In this document: one piece after another, positions 35,901-50,900 of the stretch | Layout of the letters: each line of letters begins with the position of its first letter | How positions within the stretch are numbered: position 1 is the stretch's first letter | Assembly: GCA_002633005.1 (NCBI GenBank) | Contig: NMRA01000054.1 | Coordinates: 1,055,541-1,119,540, forward strand | Direction: 5' to 3' | Source of the DNA: Phoronis australis | Taxonomy: Eukaryota; Animalia; Phoronida | DNA: 64,000 bases | The notes under the pieces: model-generated | The model's database searches: none | Seen by the model: the letters and a program-made list of their open reading frames with translations, nothing else | Told to the model about the DNA's origin: nothing | Program-made: the position numbers and the translations under genes

Positions 35901-38900
35901 AAGGTGGTTCTTTATTCAACTTTAACGTAACCTGACATTTTGAAAAGTTGCACACCATCTGTTTTTGTCTGCAACGCAACGTTACTAGCAATGTTATTAG
36001 TACTAAAACAATAAAAATTTTCTCCAGACCATTCATATTTCAATATATATGTATATACATCATCAGATGTTTCAGTCAAGGGTCAAGAGTGCAGTTCAGA
36101 ACAGGCAATTCCTAACCCCTGTGCACCGCATGTTATGTATGTCACCCATCGGCACATCCAAGTGGCAGCCAATCAAAATCAATGACTGTGACATGATTGG
36201 TTCTGATATTGTACTAAGCTAGCTATAGAATTACTGAGCATTGAAAAACTGATTTCTGATTTATGTCGGCCTTCATAGGTTTCTTACAATCCAGATGGTG
36301 TCCAGAGGGGGTCCGGATACCCTTATTAGATCACTTTTTACTTTGCTATAATAGGGGAGGGTTCTTAGTAATAGTCGCTTACTATTGTATTGCTGGGATC
36401 TCAAGCACCCACTGTGTTTGTCTGGTTGACCTCTCCTTGGACAAAATCCTGGATCTGCTGGTGATGCAGTTTATTGCAGAGAATTCTAATTTCACTTGAA
36501 GCATGTGTAAATAATGTTAGCAATTTTAGGATTATATTTGCTGGCTTGCCTATGTCAAGGTACCTAAACTACACGGTCAACGGACTCATAAACCCGACTC
36601 ACGGACCTGCAAACACCGTCCACTGACTCACAAACATGGGAACGGACTTGCAAAACACTATGCACGCACCCAAATACATGGGACACGGACAAAGTGAAGA
36701 TGTCAGCTGACCCAGGAAGCCGATGAGTCCGTGACCAGTGTTTTGCGGTCCGTTAACCGTGTTTCCTCGTGAATATGAGTCCGTGTCCCATGTATTTGGG
36801 TGTGTGGATCGTGTTTTGCGAGTCCGTTCTCATGTTTGTGAGTCAGTGGACGGTGTTTGCAGGTCGGTGAGTCGTGTTTATGAGTCCGTTGCCCATGTAG
36901 TTTAGGTACCTTGTATGTTGTTTACACCATCGTGATATCCTGTCTGGCCACATGTTAATGCTTCATCACCATTTTAGAATGAATCCATCATAGCAAAGAC
37001 CAAGGTAGGCCAATGTTAGATTAGTTACATAATACCTGCACACAAGGATCATTACCTCTGCTTTGCCCCTATCCCAGGGTTAAACACGCTTTAGTTCTAG
37101 ATTCACGTAAGTGTTTACACCCCGTACTGCCTGTCCTTGTACGACCCCTTACAGGGAAATGTAAGGGGTCATGTAAGTTCAGGGCCCCTTATATGCAAAT
37201 GGACTTCTCACTGTGCCATTTCATTGTCCAATAAAACAAAACTTGGGCCAGGTCAAAAAGCTGCATGGTAAAGGGCCGTGTGCATTTAGCAACTACAGCT
37301 AACTAAACACACTGTCCAAGGAAGCGACATAAACAATTAGTGAACTGTTATGATGCCAGTCATGGAGTGATGCGTCAAAGCAGCCAGCTGTGGTGATGCT
37401 TTTATCCGGGCTGAGCTATTCAAGGATAGTTTTGGCAAGTTTGCCAAGGTCATGCAAGTTTTCACAAGGTTCAAGTCATGCAATTCAATCAAAGGTTGCG
37501 ACATCAATACGCAACCCCTGCAGGTTAGTCTCTGAATGTTCTACAAAATAATATCAAAATGTTCAGAGAAACAAATATTTAAGTCATCCACATTTCAAAA
37601 AAATGGTCACAATCTTTGTTACAAGACCAAAAGTATGACATCTAACAATGACTTATAATTTAGTTCAAATAGTTTTAGCTTGTAAGCCTTTGCTTTCTGT
37701 TGTGTAGTGCGTAATGTCAACGTGGACCTGTTAAATATGTTATTTAGACACTTCCCTCTGTTACTGTGTTGTTTCTGCTTTTGCCTTTGATATTGGCACT
37801 ACACAATAAAATAAACCGGCATTTTTAGCATGTGAAGGATTATGCAGTAGAGCTAATTGCTACAAATGGTATGAACTCTTCATTTTATTATAGAATTAAC
37901 CTATTTAGTATGCCGAGTTGCATTTTAACACAACATTTCCCAAATGGTTTCAATGGAATGTAGCAATGGTTACTGTAGAAAGACGTATTTTCTGGGGGGT
38001 ACAGCCTCCTCACTGAGTTTAATGTATTGCATGTCTGTTCTGAAAAGGACCCAGTCAGCCTTGTTTTCGATTTTTTGGCCTTCAGGTACACCATCACTGT
38101 ACACGGTAAAATCTCGCAATTTAGGACACAATATGGCCGACAAGTGAAATTCTAGTTCATCACTTTATTTTTCAGTGCAACATTTGCAGCACTAATTTGC
38201 AGGCCTAGAGAATTGGAGAAAGGCAATTTTGGCAATTATTTTCGTCCAAAATTGGCAAGATTTTACCATATTAATAGAAGGAACAGGTCGTCTACTTTAT
38301 TCAGTTCATTTATAGTTTGCTTTGTGATTTCACACATGTTCATCAAACCATAGGATGCTGAAGGTCTTGAGGTATGAGAGAGGGGGGTCTGGCTTACCTT
38401 CGGTGACTTATTTCAATATATGAGGTTTTGGTTTGACTACTGTTGGAAAGTGTGTGGTGACTTGGTTTAAGTGCTTGAATCTGATTTCTGGACGTGGAGT
38501 AATCTTTCATGTCCAGCCCTGTCTAACCAGTTTTTTTAGCCCCCCGCGTCACTCATGTTGACAAGGTGCCCACATGCATATACCAAAAATTGCGGGTAGG
38601 CGGTACAAGTTTTGCGGGACCCGCGCGGGGTCCAATAGGCCCCTAAATTTCCATTTCGTTTTCGCTAAATGCTCTCTGAATTGGCCTCAACCTCATGAAA
38701 GGTGCACTGTCTGCCTTCCTACAGAAAAATCTTCCCTACAAAAAGGGGTGGGAATTGGCAAACCTGGCACCCGCAACAGAGGTTGCTCATCAATTTTTGG
38801 TACATACCTGCGGGCACCTTGTCAATATGAGTGACCCCCTGGGGTTTAGCCTCACCTTGAGCAATTAATTATCAATCCAAAAATCACCTCTACGGTAACC

Positions 38901-41900
38901 TGTTGTAGAAACGAGCCAAGAACACTTGTACGATGGTATTACTATGGTCTAAATGAAAATTTGTTATGTTGCTGGATCACTCATATCACACTTAAAAACA
39001 CTTTTCGTCACCTGTTTACAGGTGTTTTTTTGAACACCTTGTGTTGTCGATGTAAATGGGCATTGTTGACTTTAAGAGTCATTTCGAATTCAAGAATGTA
39101 CATTTAGTTCTGATTAATTACACGATGAACAATTTAGATCAGTTCCTCATCTGTGAATATAACAGATAAGACTATACTATAGTCATGATTACCGAACTTG
39201 TCCTAATTAATGCCCAGGGCGTTTAAACTGGGAAAATCAAAAAAAATCAGGCATTAGTGTTCAATTTTTTTGAGCAGTCAGGGATTGATGTTTATCCAAA
39301 TGGTTGACTCGGTCACAAGAATGCTTTCACCATTCCCAAAGAACCATTTCACTCATTTTTCAGTAAAGAGGGCGTAATTTTCCCCTCCCAGATTAGACCA
39401 GGTGGTATTGAAGCAGTTTGTTATTCAAAAATAAGAGAGTTGCTTACATTTTGAGATTTAATTCTCGCGAGATGGGTATTCTTAGCCTGTAGTCATAAGT
39501 GACAACCTTTGTGGATATTGTTTCCTTACCATTTTTAACTTGAGAACATTGATACTATAATGCACGTGAGCCTAAAGAGCCATTTTCACACCTTCAATAA
39601 AGGTAGGACAAGGTGACATTGAGACTGGTTGTTCATTACTCAAAAGTAAGTGAGTTGCAAGTACACGCGGCTTTGTAACCCTCATCAACTCTCAAAATCT
39701 TGGAACAGGCTTTAAAACTCCTCATTACAAAGTCAGTTGGATTGGCAAACATTTTCATCGCTCTTTTACAAGTTCCTTGAAAAATGCAAGAAAACACCGC
39801 CCACTTCAAAGTGTTCTTAAGTGTTTTTGCTGAATTAATGCATTTATTTCTCAAGGGAAGTCTTACGGTGCAGCAATAGAGGTCATTGTGGACAGAATGG
39901 AGTTCCTGATTATACATAACGACATCTTGAGCGAATGGAATTCATTAGTTTACTTCAAAGAGAAGATTTCACCCTCACTACGGTATCTTGCTTTATTGAA
40001 ATTTGACATTAGCGAATTTTAACACCTAAGGGTGCGACGATCAATCAAATTACAATTGAATCGCGATGTGAGAGCACCCGATTTCAGTATCGATATGCCT
40101 CGCTGTTAGGAGTCTTACAAAGTTACGACTTACTTGTATCTTTTGAAAAGAGTTGGTTAGTTGGAATCTTATATTTAATCATTTTTATATCAACTTTACA
40201 AAAAATAGATAAGAACAAGTTAACTTAAATTAAAATTAAAGGAAATTAATGTGATAAACAGGAATCAACCGAAAATAATCACTGAATATAATGAAATTCC
40301 TCTTAAAAGAAGACGTGTCCTCCCACCCCTATTGATCAATTAGTCAATCAACCATTTGGACAATCAGTCAATCTGTCTACGCATAGGAAGAGGGTGGTAG
40401 CAAGCAAACCAAATAACCAATTTTCCAATGTAGCAGCAACATGATAAAGTGCACCTTTTTGCTTGATGGGGTAAGTGGTTGGATGCATATTGTCGTTTTT
40501 TCTGTCTGGGCGTCCACGGCTGTATATCTGTAGCCCCTTGCACTGTCATAATGAGATTTGACAGATGTGTTACTATGACGCTGGCGACAGACGACGACGA
40601 GTTTCTAACCGATCCAACTACCGCTCTATCCCCTAATGGCAGTTTTAATTTTTTATGTTTGCCTCTGTATCTTTAGTTCCTTCATTTCCTTGATTGATTT
40701 TTATGAAATTTAAGGAAAAGGATTCTGTTAAGGAGACAGTGATGCCTTCCTGTTTTTAGACGGATTTGACATATTCTCTGCCACCTTTTGGTAGTTTTAA
40801 TCATTAGTAATGTTTTTGACGTCGGTCTTTCTCTATCCGGCTTATTGCTCAGAGGATCATGAATATTGCCATATATGTTCCTGTTGAGGAGACCGCGGCT
40901 AACACTGATTGTAGGACGAGTTTGACTACTCTGACGACCCCTAGTGTCAGTTTTATTTTTTGTGTCTAGGGCAATATCTCCATAACTCTTTGGAGGATTT
41001 TTGTGAAATTTAACAGACAGGTTCCTCTTGATATGGTAACCAATTACGACATGTTTCAGGCCAATCCAACTTCAGCTGTGTCCCCTAGTGACACTTTCAG
41101 TTCGTTTAAGTTTGTCTCGTTATCTTTAGAGCTCATCGCCGTATTTTTGTGAAATTTGGCAAATAAGTTCATATTAACGAGAAAACAATACGTTTCATTT
41201 TCGGACGCTATTCGACGTATTTAGTGCCACCTAGTGGCCATTTTTATTATTTCAAGTTTGTTTTGTAGCATCTGCCTCTTGATCTGCCAAACTGCTCAAA
41301 GGATCATGTATTGTGGCAGTTGTGTTCCTGATGAAAAGACCATGGCTGACATTGATTTTCGAACAGGTCTGACTACGGTGGCATCCCCTTGTGGTGATTT
41401 GTATTTTTGTCACCATAGCTGTAGCTCCAAATTCCTTTGCAGGATGTTTGTGAACTTTTGTTGGTGTTTTCTTAGAGGTGTGACAATGGCTGCTCATGAC
41501 TTTTTTACAGCTCTGACTACTGCTGTGCCCCCTAGTGGCAATTTTATTTGTTATACATTTTCAGGGGGCACTTGATGTTATTTTCATGAAATTTGGCAAA
41601 CAAGTTTCTATTATGAAGATGACACCTTCTAATTTGGAATGGATTTGGCCTATTTTGTGCCATCTAATGGCCATTTTTATGATACTAAAAGAATCACCTC
41701 TAGGAGCATACTGTTTGCATTGCATTCGTGGGTGCATTTCAACGCTCTGTTGCTCTTGTTTTAAAACTATTTACAATCATCATGCTGTCCAATTGTCACT
41801 GCTTTATAGTGGGCTATTCCAAAGATTCGCTCAAAAATGTCTTGCGCCTCAAAATGTATGTGAAGGAAAATAATGCATTTCATTCCTGTCAACTAGGCCC

Positions 41901-44900
41901 GCCTTGCATTCCAAAATTGAGTGTTGATTGTTTCCTATTGCGAATGAGTACAAGATGCCAAAAGATCACTCACCTTTAGCAATGAAAATGACTTACAACT
42001 ACCGTTTTCAAGTTGTTCAAGAAAATTTTCAAGATTTATAAAATTCTTTTCTCGTCCGTTATTATATTGAAAGTGCTTATTTAATTCATCCGTGCCTGAT
42101 TGAGAATCTCAACATTTACTGCTGGAACTTTTTCTTAAAAACAAGACTGCATTTAATGTCTTTCTTTTGATGTGCTCCACATTCCAAATCATCGTCTGCT
42201 TTAATCTCATCGGCAGACGTACAGTTTGTCATGTCTGATGAGATACATGAAAGTGGATTGTCTTCTTCACTAATTTGTTAAGATCTTAAAAGGACAAACA
42301 CAGAAATGAATTAAAAAGTGTTGTCGTTTCCAACAGATTTCAGGCTTGAGTAATAGTGATTGGTCTGGGTCACATTCTTTGATTGTGATGTACAGTACAA
42401 GACAAAAGTAATCAGACAAAATACCGTTTTCCCCATCATCACGGCCAGTCTAGTTAAGCGCTGCAAATACTGGTAATAACTATTTGGCAACAAATTCTAA
42501 TTATATAACGGCTTATCCACCTTACTAACTTCCCTGTTAATCCACTCATTCTCGTTCATGAGAGAAGAGTAGCAGTTGAATTTGGCTTCCGCCCTGACGT
42601 CATGATTGAGAAATCCTGGTCATTTTGTCTTAATACTTTTAATTTGTACTGTAGTTCTGCTACGGACTGTTTTTGAAGTCATGTGGTGCCACATAGGTCA
42701 TTCGCGAGTTGAACTCTCCTTTGTGTTGCCTGAGTTTTTGAGGACTAATATGCCTGAGGTTTAACACACCTTTGTTAACAGAGGTGCATGCATGACATCC
42801 ATCGACAATATGTCTGCTGTTAAGACAAATTCCAGTGGAGTCCTATTCGCGAATGATCCGTTGTTACCTGGTTTTCCATATTTCCATCTGATGGGATGGT
42901 TTTCTGAATGCTTTCTTTGGCAGTGCACAGTCTAAATGTTATATCAGATGTCTCTTCGATGCCATTGGTCAGATTTTTAATCTGACAGTTAATCGAAAAT
43001 TGTGTGTTTAATTTTTGGTATGACTGTTTTTCTCTGCAAGATGCTTGAACTAACTTCAGGTATACTGCTAAAAAGTTCTGTTGACTGATAGAGTTCATTA
43101 AAAATGAATAAGGTTCTAGTGGCATAGCTAATACATTAATGCTACCTTGGCAGATTCGTCTGGAAATTCCATGATTGTAAGTAATCGGTAATACCGGGAA
43201 TACATTACTAATGTCTTGCTGGTGTTACTGGTCTGCATAAGTGTATCCTTGAACTGTCCATTTTCACTGCATATTCTCTTAACATTCAGTAATTGTAATG
43301 TATGTGTTGTTTGAAATGATTGCAATGTTTAGTGACCAGCCAAATCACTACAGCTACTATCTTGTCTCCATACGTGTGTGAACTTGGAATCTTACTTAGT
43401 CTCGAGGTCACATATGCGTGAACTTGGAATACAGTGGAAACTTGACAACTTCACTCAAATAATCACTTTCACGTTGACAAAAATTTACACTAATTCGAAT
43501 TTCATGTTGATAAAACAAAGTAAATTTTAACCAATCTTTTTTCAACTATTGGCGATCTTATTAACCAAACAATAATTGATTTATTACCATTCACATAAAC
43601 CTCCAATTATTCGGAACAATTTACGGTAAAGGAGAAAATGGGTGATCATGAGGCCTATAATTAAGAAAATTCACCCGGTTGCCAAAGTGAATATTCAATT
43701 CCAAGTTCACGCATACGCAATCTTGAGATTAAGCGGGATTTCAAGTTCATGCACAGCAAAACCACACTAAAAATGTGGATCGTGTCATTCAATAAGGTTT
43801 GCCGAGATCTGTACATAACGGTAATCCGATTTGTAATGGTGGCTTGGAGGTCATGGATAAAGCAGTCGGATTTGAGGTGTTGCAGTACATAATTGATTTT
43901 ACCGTAAAGCTTCTAATAGAAGCCGGGTCTCTAATAGACGCCTCACTGTAATAGAAGCGGGGAAGTCCATGTAGCTGAATTCAATAAACAAGACGTCTCG
44001 AATAGAAGGCTACTCCAATAGAGGCCCCCTCTGATAGAAGCCTTCATCTAATTGAGGCCGGGTCTCCATGTTGTCTGGATGACATCTAGGAGTAACACGT
44101 TACGATTTAAGAGCTTATGATTTGCAAGGGTGAATTTTTTGTTTTCCACACTACATACCATATGTTGGTCTGACACAGGACCAAAATAAATAAACGCGGG
44201 TCTCAAATAAATACCTCCTGTACAATAGACAAATTTGAAAAAATGACCGCCCCGGCTACCATTAGAAGATTTACAAAGTATTGTAAATGTATACTAATGC
44301 TAGGGTTTCTCTTCAGGTTGCTGTTGCTATTTCATTCACTCCAGGCAAGGCCAACTATACTGAGATTTTGACACCTCTAACAGACCTCAACAACAGAATC
44401 ATACTACTTTATGCAACGTGGGTATACCTTTAGATAAAGTCATAAATTTGAGACAAAATGTCCCATTGTCTAGATGATAATGTTATGAAACGCTTTTTGA
44501 AATGCACTCTCTAAATGCCAGTGTTACTATTCTCTCTGTCAGTACTTTCACCAGTATCCCTGTTTGTATTATTCATGACAGAGCCTAGTATTCTCTACCC
44601 CTTTACCAAGGTTGAGGTTGAATGGTATTGGTTTAATGTATATTGCCAAGAATGCAACAGCCCAGTTGAAATAGTCAGTTCTAACATTAGCCTGTGATTG
44701 GATTGACCCAGTTTTACCAAGACTAAACTATTCACAGCACACTTCACATAATCGTCAAAACAAGGTTCTGTGATAATCACTGTTAATCACACCAGGACAT
44801 TTTGTCATTCATATCTACCGCTGTGTGTAATACATTTGGCCTCATTACTTGGTATTGTAGATAACAGCACAATAATGTTAATCAACTAGCGTGAAATCTT

Positions 44901-47900
44901 TGCTGCTTGTTTCGTGACACTTTGTAGAAGAATGGATCTCCGTGGAGACGTCGACCTGTATGTTAGAATCTCACCAATTTGGGATGAAAGTTCTCATTTT
45001 TCCGTAAAAGTTACAAATTATTGCCTCAACATGTCCCAAGTTCTGGACAATAGCAACCATTGGACAACATTTTGGAAAATTGCAGGCATTCACAACAAAG
45101 TTAGAAGCCATTAAAAATGAAAAAAAGGGGAAATTTGTCAATTTTTTGTCAGAACTTGGTGAGATTTTACTGTGCACTAAATTTCAAGTCAGTCTTTTTC
45201 AAGTATGCCACTCAGTGCTTCAGTGAATTGTCAGTGTGGGGTTCATTTTGTTGTCTGAATGTAATTGTAAGACTGATGGTAAAATGAAGATCCTTTTCAG
45301 AAAAAAAGTAATGGCTAATATTTATATACCAAGCTTGTTCTCTGAACATCCAAGCCTGTCTTAACATTTTAACATAAAGGGCGGGAGACAGCCAGAAAAT
45401 GGGGCAACTTTGGCCAAAAACACACCTCGTATGCAACGCCATCTACAGGGTTTGGTCTTAGAACGCACAGTGCCCGTTTTTTTTCTCTTGTTTTCGAGAT
45501 CATACCAAGAACTACTTTGGTGTGACCGTGTTCTGATCTTGAACTCTCTCACTTATCTACATCGTGTTTTCAGGCAAGAAGATGCCACCGAAATTTTTGA
45601 TGCAGCTGATAAGCTTGGCTTGACTGGTCCTTCATATGGCTGGTTGGTGACTGAGAGGGCCCTTAATGCACCTAATATACCTGAAGGTGCCCTCTATTGT
45701 TGTGTGTGATTAATTAAACAACCATTGTCACTCTGTCCTGGTTGAAAAATTAGACAAATATGTGCTTCTTGGTGATTAGGTTTTGACGAGTATGAAAGGA
45801 GAAAGAATCCTTAACGAAAAAGTCTCAAAATATTTTGCGTAAGCAATGATTGTTTATTGAAATTTGTTATTATATGCTGTTAATGTGTTTTGTTAATGAA
45901 TTCAAGAAAACATTAATTGAAAAAATGACATGTGATTTTTTCATGTTTTCTCACTTTAAAGGATATTGTAACATGAATTTTCAGTAATGTCTGCACTATG
46001 AAAGCTAGAGTCTGTATTATTCATGGGCATGGTTTAGTGGTAACTGCATTATGATTGGTTATTGTCTCGAGTAGCTAGGTGTTGATTGGCTAATAACTGA
46101 ACCTGTAATACTCTCTTACACCAGGCATCCTGGGTGTGAAACTAATGAAAGGCCACGATGAGGAAGCGCATATCAGGGACAGTGTAAATATATTGACAAC
46201 TGCAGTGTCATATCTTCACAAGACCCAGCCAGAAATGTTCAGCCAAGATATCAATACGCTGTGCAGTAACCAGTTTGGGATGGGGAGCCTTGAGGACAGT
46301 ATTGATGGTCTTGGAGAGATTATATACGAGTAAGGAAGGAATTCTGTGCTACAGGGCTTGGAATTTTCCGCGGAAACGCGGATTTCCGCTTTTTTCAAAT
46401 GTTCTGTCCGCGTATTTTATTATATTTCCGCGTAAAAAATCAGATTTGTATAAAATTTCCGCGGCAAATTTCTTTCTCACCGCCGCGTTGCCGACGACTT
46501 TCACCTCGAAAAGCGGAAGTTGCTCTTTATGTTTGGAGGAACGTAAATTGTCAACATTGCCGGGGCATCTGGGATAGCGTGGTGGATTTCCTCAATGGTG
46601 GCTCGTGTGATTGTAGACCACGGTGACAAATACTACGACTCTGCAGCCAAAAATGTTTGGAGGTGGGAGTGGCGGACGAGCTAAGACAGACGCAGACGGC
46701 AAAAGGTCCACACCGACCTTTTCAAGGCTGGCTGCGCGCATGTTTCGGGCCGTAAAAATTTCCGCGTTTTTCGCCATTGGTCATTCCAAGCCCTGGTGCT
46801 AAGATATTGTACAGTTTGATGTCGTAATGACCGTTGTATTGGGGCTAGTGTGTAATGGCAACAGTTTAACAAAGAAAAGTTGTGTATAAAGCAGTTTATT
46901 GCCATTCAGGAAAGCAGTGCTTACGATTTGCTAAATCGGCAGGTATATCCATTCAATCTACAACTGTAGAAGAAAATCACTGCTCTCTCTCTCTCAATTG
47001 TAACTGATAAAGTTGTGAGCTTTACTGCCTGATGAGGCTTTTAGAAATGAAGCAGAACCGAAACCTTATGGATTTTTTAATGATAATACTCGTTCATCGA
47101 TTTCTAATTTTTTCTTTTCCGACTGTAAATGTTCCTTTTTTGCCCAGTGTTCAAACTTTTGTAAGGTTATTATCAATACTTTTGAACATTTTTGACTTTA
47201 CAATCAGCATCGAGTTGAACTGTTCTTGGTTTTATTGCCATTAACCTATTTATGGACAGAGGGAGCTGTCACATGTGCAATTAATTCATGGATGATTCCC
47301 GCAAGGCGAAATACCTGTACACTTCGTAAACATTGTGTAGAGTGTCTCCCAGATGTACGGCGGCAACTGGGAAACTGTAGTTAGCCGATGTGTGATTTAC
47401 TTCGCTGGTCAGCTGGTCAACCCTTGCCGTCCTTCGGAAATGCATTGTTGCTTCCTGTTTGACGAAATATCTGTGAATTGTATGGTTATCCTCTACTTAT
47501 TTTGCATAAAAAGAATTGACAAAATCGACCTTTTCCATTATCAATGAACGATTACCTTTTTACAAATAATTGTAACTTTAACAAATTTGTTTTGACATCT
47601 ACACACTGCAAGTCATGTTTGAAATAGACTGAAATGTTCTTTAATTTTCACTTTTATGGAGAAGTTTAAGGTAGGTGTATACACTGATCAAATCTCCAGG
47701 TTCCTAACTAAAATGAGTAAAAAGGGAGTTTTAACTAGTTAGACATGACTCTGAAAGTGACAAAAATCGAAAAAAAAAGTGTTTTTTTGTAATTCGTTTT
47801 TTTAAAAAATCGTATTTTTTAATTTTCAAAAAATCCAATTTTACCTCGAATTTTTTTTCAAAATGCACAGGGATCATCATCAACTATTTCCTTACGCAAT

Positions 47901-50900
47901 ATTCTACTTATCCATACCAAATATATGTACAAAATCATTATGATCTTGATTATATGGCATTTTTTGTGTGTGAGTTGGGGCAAGCACGCCACTTTTTGTC
48001 ATTTGGTCATTTCCGTCTAATAACTAAAAATCTGGTCCATTTATCAAAAAACCCTGGCACGCGATTTTACTTCAGTCCAAGAGGATTTCAAATTTGCAAC
48101 TTTCGTTAAAATTGACCAACGTGTTGTGGAAAAATAGGCCTGAGAATCGTGTCACTATCCTGAAATCACGAGCCGAGAAAAACGGCTTTGAAGTTAAGCG
48201 GTCATCGATTGTCACTTGAGATCAAATTTCGTTCAGAATGCGTGGTCATTATGTTCCAATTTTTGTTGAAGTACTAGAAATAAAGCTGATATTTACTTCA
48301 TATTTAGAAAATGTGACATACCTGTTTGTTTACAGCGTAATTTTAATCATTTTTTCGAACTTGTGATGCACGACAGACGACCAAAACAAATATGGCTGTC
48401 ACGTGGGCGGAGCTTAGCGTTGATCTATTGTCTGCTGTACTGGTGTGCCGACCACCATGTGTTGATTGTTTATACGATTCATCTGAACTCTCCACTCAGT
48501 TTGTAAAAGACTCTCTAACTATATTACACAGACCTATTTGTTAGTATTCCAATATTATCATCAACCAATATATGTGTTATATCAAATCGCCGCGTTACTG
48601 CCTACATAACAATATTGGCGACGAGGATAAAGAACTACTTTCATAGTAATGGTTCAACATTTTTACGTGCCTGTACCGAATGGACTTTGGGATAAGAAAA
48701 TATCACTTTCTGCGCAAATAGCGCCGCTTGGGTGAGATTCTCAAGTTACTAAAGTTTCTTATATTGCTTTCCTCTAAAATCGTATAATATCATGAGTTTT
48801 AATTCAGGGTTACGTTTGAATCTATGCACTAGAAAATTTTTTGTTATGTTGAACACTGGGTCATTTCTCTAATTCTTTGGGTTACGGCCAGTGGCAAGTT
48901 AAAAAACCTCTGGGTTTGACAGCCTAGTTTCTCCACGGCACGTTCCCAGCACAGAAGCACGGTTTATCTGCGAAGACTCTACTCTGACGGCATGTAGTTG
49001 TCCATGTGTCGCGCGCGCGGCTTGTCTTCACAGCGCGTGCATGCACTCTCACCGAATCGTGCAACACCACCCACGTCGACACTCAGCGTCCTCTCGCAAG
49101 ACAACTGACCTTATATTACCGACTTCTCTTATACATGCACAATTTCTGCACGGACTCCTCAAGCTGAGTGCAGTGATGGCTTCGGTAGGGCTTGGCGTAC
49201 TCAACTTAATTTTTTTGCAGATAGACAAACAGGCTCAGGCTCGGAACAGGAGCTAGTTCACCATTTCACTACTAACTTTCACATGGTCAAAAATAGAATT
49301 GTTTTATTCTTGGTCTTGCTACAACACCAATATCAGCTGGTACATCACTCTCGATTGCCCGGTTACGCAATGCTTGTTGACAGGGTTAGATTAGAGCTAG
49401 TGTCCTTGTATATAAGCTCCGCCCCAGTTGTCAATCACTGAGCTGGTGAGCACTCAAGCCATATGACTTACTGAGGTTTGGTCAAATATAGCTAAAAAAA
49501 CAACTTTGGATTTTCAGAATGATTTTATTTTTCTTCAGTATACTGTGCATCAAGAATTAAAGATTAGGATGATATGAAAATGTAAAAAACAGTCAAAATT
49601 AATTTTTTTGTGTATCCACCTACCTTAACAAAATAGAATTTCACTTGTTGGTCTCATGGCGAGCTAAATAAGTAAGAAATTACCATACTGTTAAATTTCA
49701 CCATTTTTGGACAAAAAATTGTCATTTTGTAATTTTTCTAGATCTTATTACATTGTTGTGAGTGCTGACAATGTTTAAAGATATTGTCTGGAATGTGGTG
49801 GCTATAGTACAGACCTTGAATTTGATAAAGATTTTAATTTGGGGCTACAATTTTTTATGAAAAAATGTGAAAGTGAAAATTTCACATGTCTACCTATTGT
49901 GTCCTGAATTTGTGAGATTTTACCTGATGATAATAATCTGTCCTCAGCTATGAGCATGCAGGTTCAGGTAAAAAGTGATAAAAAGTCATTATCAAAAGGT
50001 CGTAAAAGGTCAATGTCAAATTTTAAGTCCTGCACTGTTTGTTTCCTAGAGCTCTTCGCAGTGTACAGCTCACAGATGGGTACTCAGGACAAAACGTTTC
50101 ATTTAACTCAGTGGGCGATAGGCAGTTAGCTGAGTATCAGATAATCAACACCAGGGGGCAGCCAGGCTTGAAGGACTACGTCGTGGGAAGCTATAATGTC
50201 TTGGTAACCAGTTTTGTTCAATTTTGTTTTAAGTTTTGTTTTTGTCATCTGTCTACATGTTGATAGTCAGAATTTTGTCTTCGCTTTCCTGCTTCATTTT
50301 GGCGTGAATTTTCACAAAATGTGAAACTATTTTTTAAAGTGTCACATTCTTGTACATACGAAGATAACGAAGTTGTATAATAATGCTTGGGTTTTTACAA
50401 ACTGCTTTATTCTTCAGTGATTTCCTAAGATATGCGGCAAGTCACAATTTTAGATTTTCAGTTATTTCTTATTTTTATTTCACCTAATGTAGAATTGCTT
50501 TGGTTTCATGAAATATTGTCTCTTACAAAATTGATGAATCCGCTTACTTCGCACTTTTCAAACCACACTAACGACCTCTTTTGTCATTTTTAAGTGCTTG
50601 TGTCACACAACATGTTGTCTTTATCTGATCACAGTAAAAGTTCGTCCAGTTACAAGGCTTTCTTGTGCTATCTGGACTTAATTCAAACTATTTTACACTA
50701 TATTTTTTGAAATAAACAATTAAAACAAAAACGTAAAAATTCTTGGGACTAGTCACCATATTTTCTATTATTTTTAAAGGCTTGCTCCATTGTTGCAAAT
50801 ACCAAATGCTCATTGATGACATCTGTATAAAACACAGCATTCTGAAAACTTAGCAAAAACTTCCTCTAAGTTGTTTTCGTTGCTAAATTTTACAGTGGAT

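Noticed and set aside
47029-47070. CTGATGAG...CGAAAC hammerhead-ribozyme-like core
   Set aside because: Stem II is interrupted, and I could not form stem III with an NUH site or stem I. Similar partial cores near 27174 and 28712 also fail.
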